37,714 bases of DNA from IMG/VR virus record IMGVR_UViG_2526164601_000037, one strand, 5' to 3'. Position 1 is the stretch's first letter. Every line of letters starts with the position of its first letter. The DNA is from a virus. Lineage: Duplodnaviria > Heunggongvirae > Uroviricota > Caudoviricetes. The position numbers and the translations under genes were made by a program. The notes beneath the pieces are model-generated. The model did no database searches, was not told the origin of the DNA, and was given only the letters and a program-made list of their open reading frames with translations. This document shows, in pieces, positions 36,599 to 37,714 of this stretch.

Positions 36599-36912
36599 TA
36601 TGAAAGTCTCTCATCAACACTGCGAAGCACTTTATGGACAATAGAGTCTCTCAACGCCCCTGTTTTATGCTGTAGCTTTTCTCGCAAAGAGTAATCATTA
36701 AGCAGCCTATCGAATTCATAAAGGAATTTGGGATTATCGTTTTCAAAAGAGATTATCCAGTGGGAAACGTCTTCATGGAGTTTCCATCGAGTAAGCGGAG
36801 TCATCCAATATAGACTATTGCGTATAACCCATTCAGAATATAGTTCTTTCTCAAACACTCTTTCGCTCATTGCAATTATCTTCCAATACAAATATTCATG
36901 ATCAGCAACCAC
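36598..36912 (-). CDS. hxsD: His-Xaa-Ser system protein HxsD-like
   Basis: Contains LLNDYSLRE, matching the LLNDYxLRE signature recalled for the HxsD family; first gene of the minus-strand cassette. Confidence 0.8.
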   Translation of the reverse strand: MVADHEYLYWKIIAMSERVFEKELYSEWVIRNSLYWMTPLTRWKLHEDVSHWIISFENDNPKFLYEFDRLLNDYSLREKLQHKTGALRDSIVHKVLRSVDERLS

Positions 36913-37122
36913 TTTAAAGCGGATTTTTCCTATGGCAACAATAATATAACATATCCATAGATATGTTACAGATGCCTTGTTTCCCGTTGACTAATACATC
37001 ACAACGTTAGTAATGGCTATCACAATTGTGAACTTCCACTTTTCACACAAGACAAGCTGTTAATTGGAATCTGTATCAGTACAACTTAGAATAGCGGAAG
37101 CACCACAGTAAGGGAGGTCGCT

Positions 37123-37383
37123 ATGTTCCGTTGTCCACTTTGTGGCGCATCTGCCCGTATCCGCACTAGTCGTCCGGAAAATGATTCAAACACTGTGCGG
37201 CAAAAGTATTACCAATGTAACAACCTAGAATGCGGCGTATGCTTCTCAACACTGGAAGCTTTCCATAAATTCACATCGAAACACGCCTCCGGCGCTCACT
37301 CTTCAGAAGGTATCCCGTGGCATGAACTGCCAGCTTCACACAAAGGAAACAATCAGATGAGTTTGCCCTTACCTCAAAATTAA
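37123..37383 (+). CDS. ogr: Late-gene transcription activator, Ogr/Delta zinc-finger family
   Basis: MFRCPLCGASARIRTSRPE...YYQCNNLECG matches the P2 Ogr pattern (MFHCPLC...ARTSR...QC.N..C) as recalled; RBS AGGGAGG. Confidence 0.85.
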   Translation: MFRCPLCGASARIRTSRPENDSNTVRQKYYQCNNLECGVCFSTLEAFHKFTSKHASGAHSSEGIPWHELPASHKGNNQMSLPLPQN

Positions 37384-37473
37384 CAGGCAGAATTGCCGGA
37401 GTAACAAAAAAGAGATAGATTACGCGCGGGTGCCTTTCGGCTGATGGTCGGAGGGAATACCTGAAGGCCAGAT

Positions 37474-37707
37474 GTGGAAAGGCCCCGGAAAACATTTCTG
37501 TTTAACCGAGGCCCTAACCGCATTACCTTGACAAGTGAAAGGTTAGCGCCTCTCCGGAAAAGGAGCAAGTGCTATGTCGCAAAAATCGCTTACGGCCATC
37601 ACGTTCTGCGTGACGGCAATCCTCATCATCTGGATGTTGCACGGTTCGCTGTGCGAAATACGGATGAGCTTCTGGGGAGCGGAGTTTGCGGCGTTCTTAC
37701 AGTGTAA
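37474..37707 (+). CDS. Possible mok-like overlapping reading frame of the hok locus
   Basis: ORF track; overlaps nearly all of the hok-like gene in another frame, as mok does in hok/sok loci. Confidence 0.35.
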   Translation: MERPRKTFLFNRGPNRITLTSERLAPLRKRSKCYVAKIAYGHHVLRDGNPHHLDVARFAVRNTDELLGSGVCGVLTV

Positions 37708-37714
37708 GCAGTAA
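37574..37714 (+). CDS. hok: Hok/Gef-family membrane toxin (type I toxin-antitoxin)
   Basis: 46-aa product MSQKSLTAITFCVTAILIIWMLHGSLCEIRMSFWGAEFAAFLQCKQ with the SLCEIR motif and single TM helix; RBS AGGAG; stop codon is the last three bases of the window. Confidence 0.8.
   Translation: MSQKSLTAITFCVTAILIIWMLHGSLCEIRMSFWGAEFAAFLQCKQ

Larger units (their letters stand above)
1121..37383. mobile_element. P2-like temperate phage genome or prophage, minimal extent from int to ogr; true ends and att sites not identifiable in the window
   Basis: Syntenic set of P2 homologues: int, C, A, Q, P, O, N, M, L, X, R, S, V, W, J, I, H, G, FI, FII, E/E', T, U, D, ogr, recognised from translated ORFs. Confidence 0.85.

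Noticed and set aside
1-37714. CRISPR arrays, rRNA and tRNA genes, and att core sequences
   Set aside because: No regularly spaced repeat-spacer array, no rRNA-like stretch and no tRNA-like cloverleaf were recognised by eye; att sites cannot be assigned without flanking or comparison sequence.

Overview
The window is almost entirely a P2-like (Peduovirus-type) temperate phage genome or prophage, called by recalled protein similarity and gene order; nothing was searched or computed. Minus-strand integrase and C-type repressor sit at the left, followed by a plus-strand early operon ending in a rolling-circle replication protein A. The late region follows: portal Q and terminase P (minus), then O-N-M-L-X, a lysis cassette (holin, M15-peptidase endolysin, spanins), R-S-V-W-J-I-H-G, an inverted FI-FII-E/E'-T-U tail block, a frameshifted gene D, and ogr. 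Several non-P2 cargo modules are embedded. The most striking is an AT-rich four-gene His-Xaa-Ser radical-SAM cassette (hxsD-hxsB-hxsC-hxsA) inserted between D and ogr, a peptide-modification system of unknown function. Others are a ParM/ParR actin-type partition module and a YafO-like toxin with an unrecognised partner between A and Q, a hok/mok-like toxin locus after ogr, and a two-gene module downstream of int. No rRNA, tRNA or CRISPR array was recognised. All coordinates come from the ORF track plus manual start refinement.
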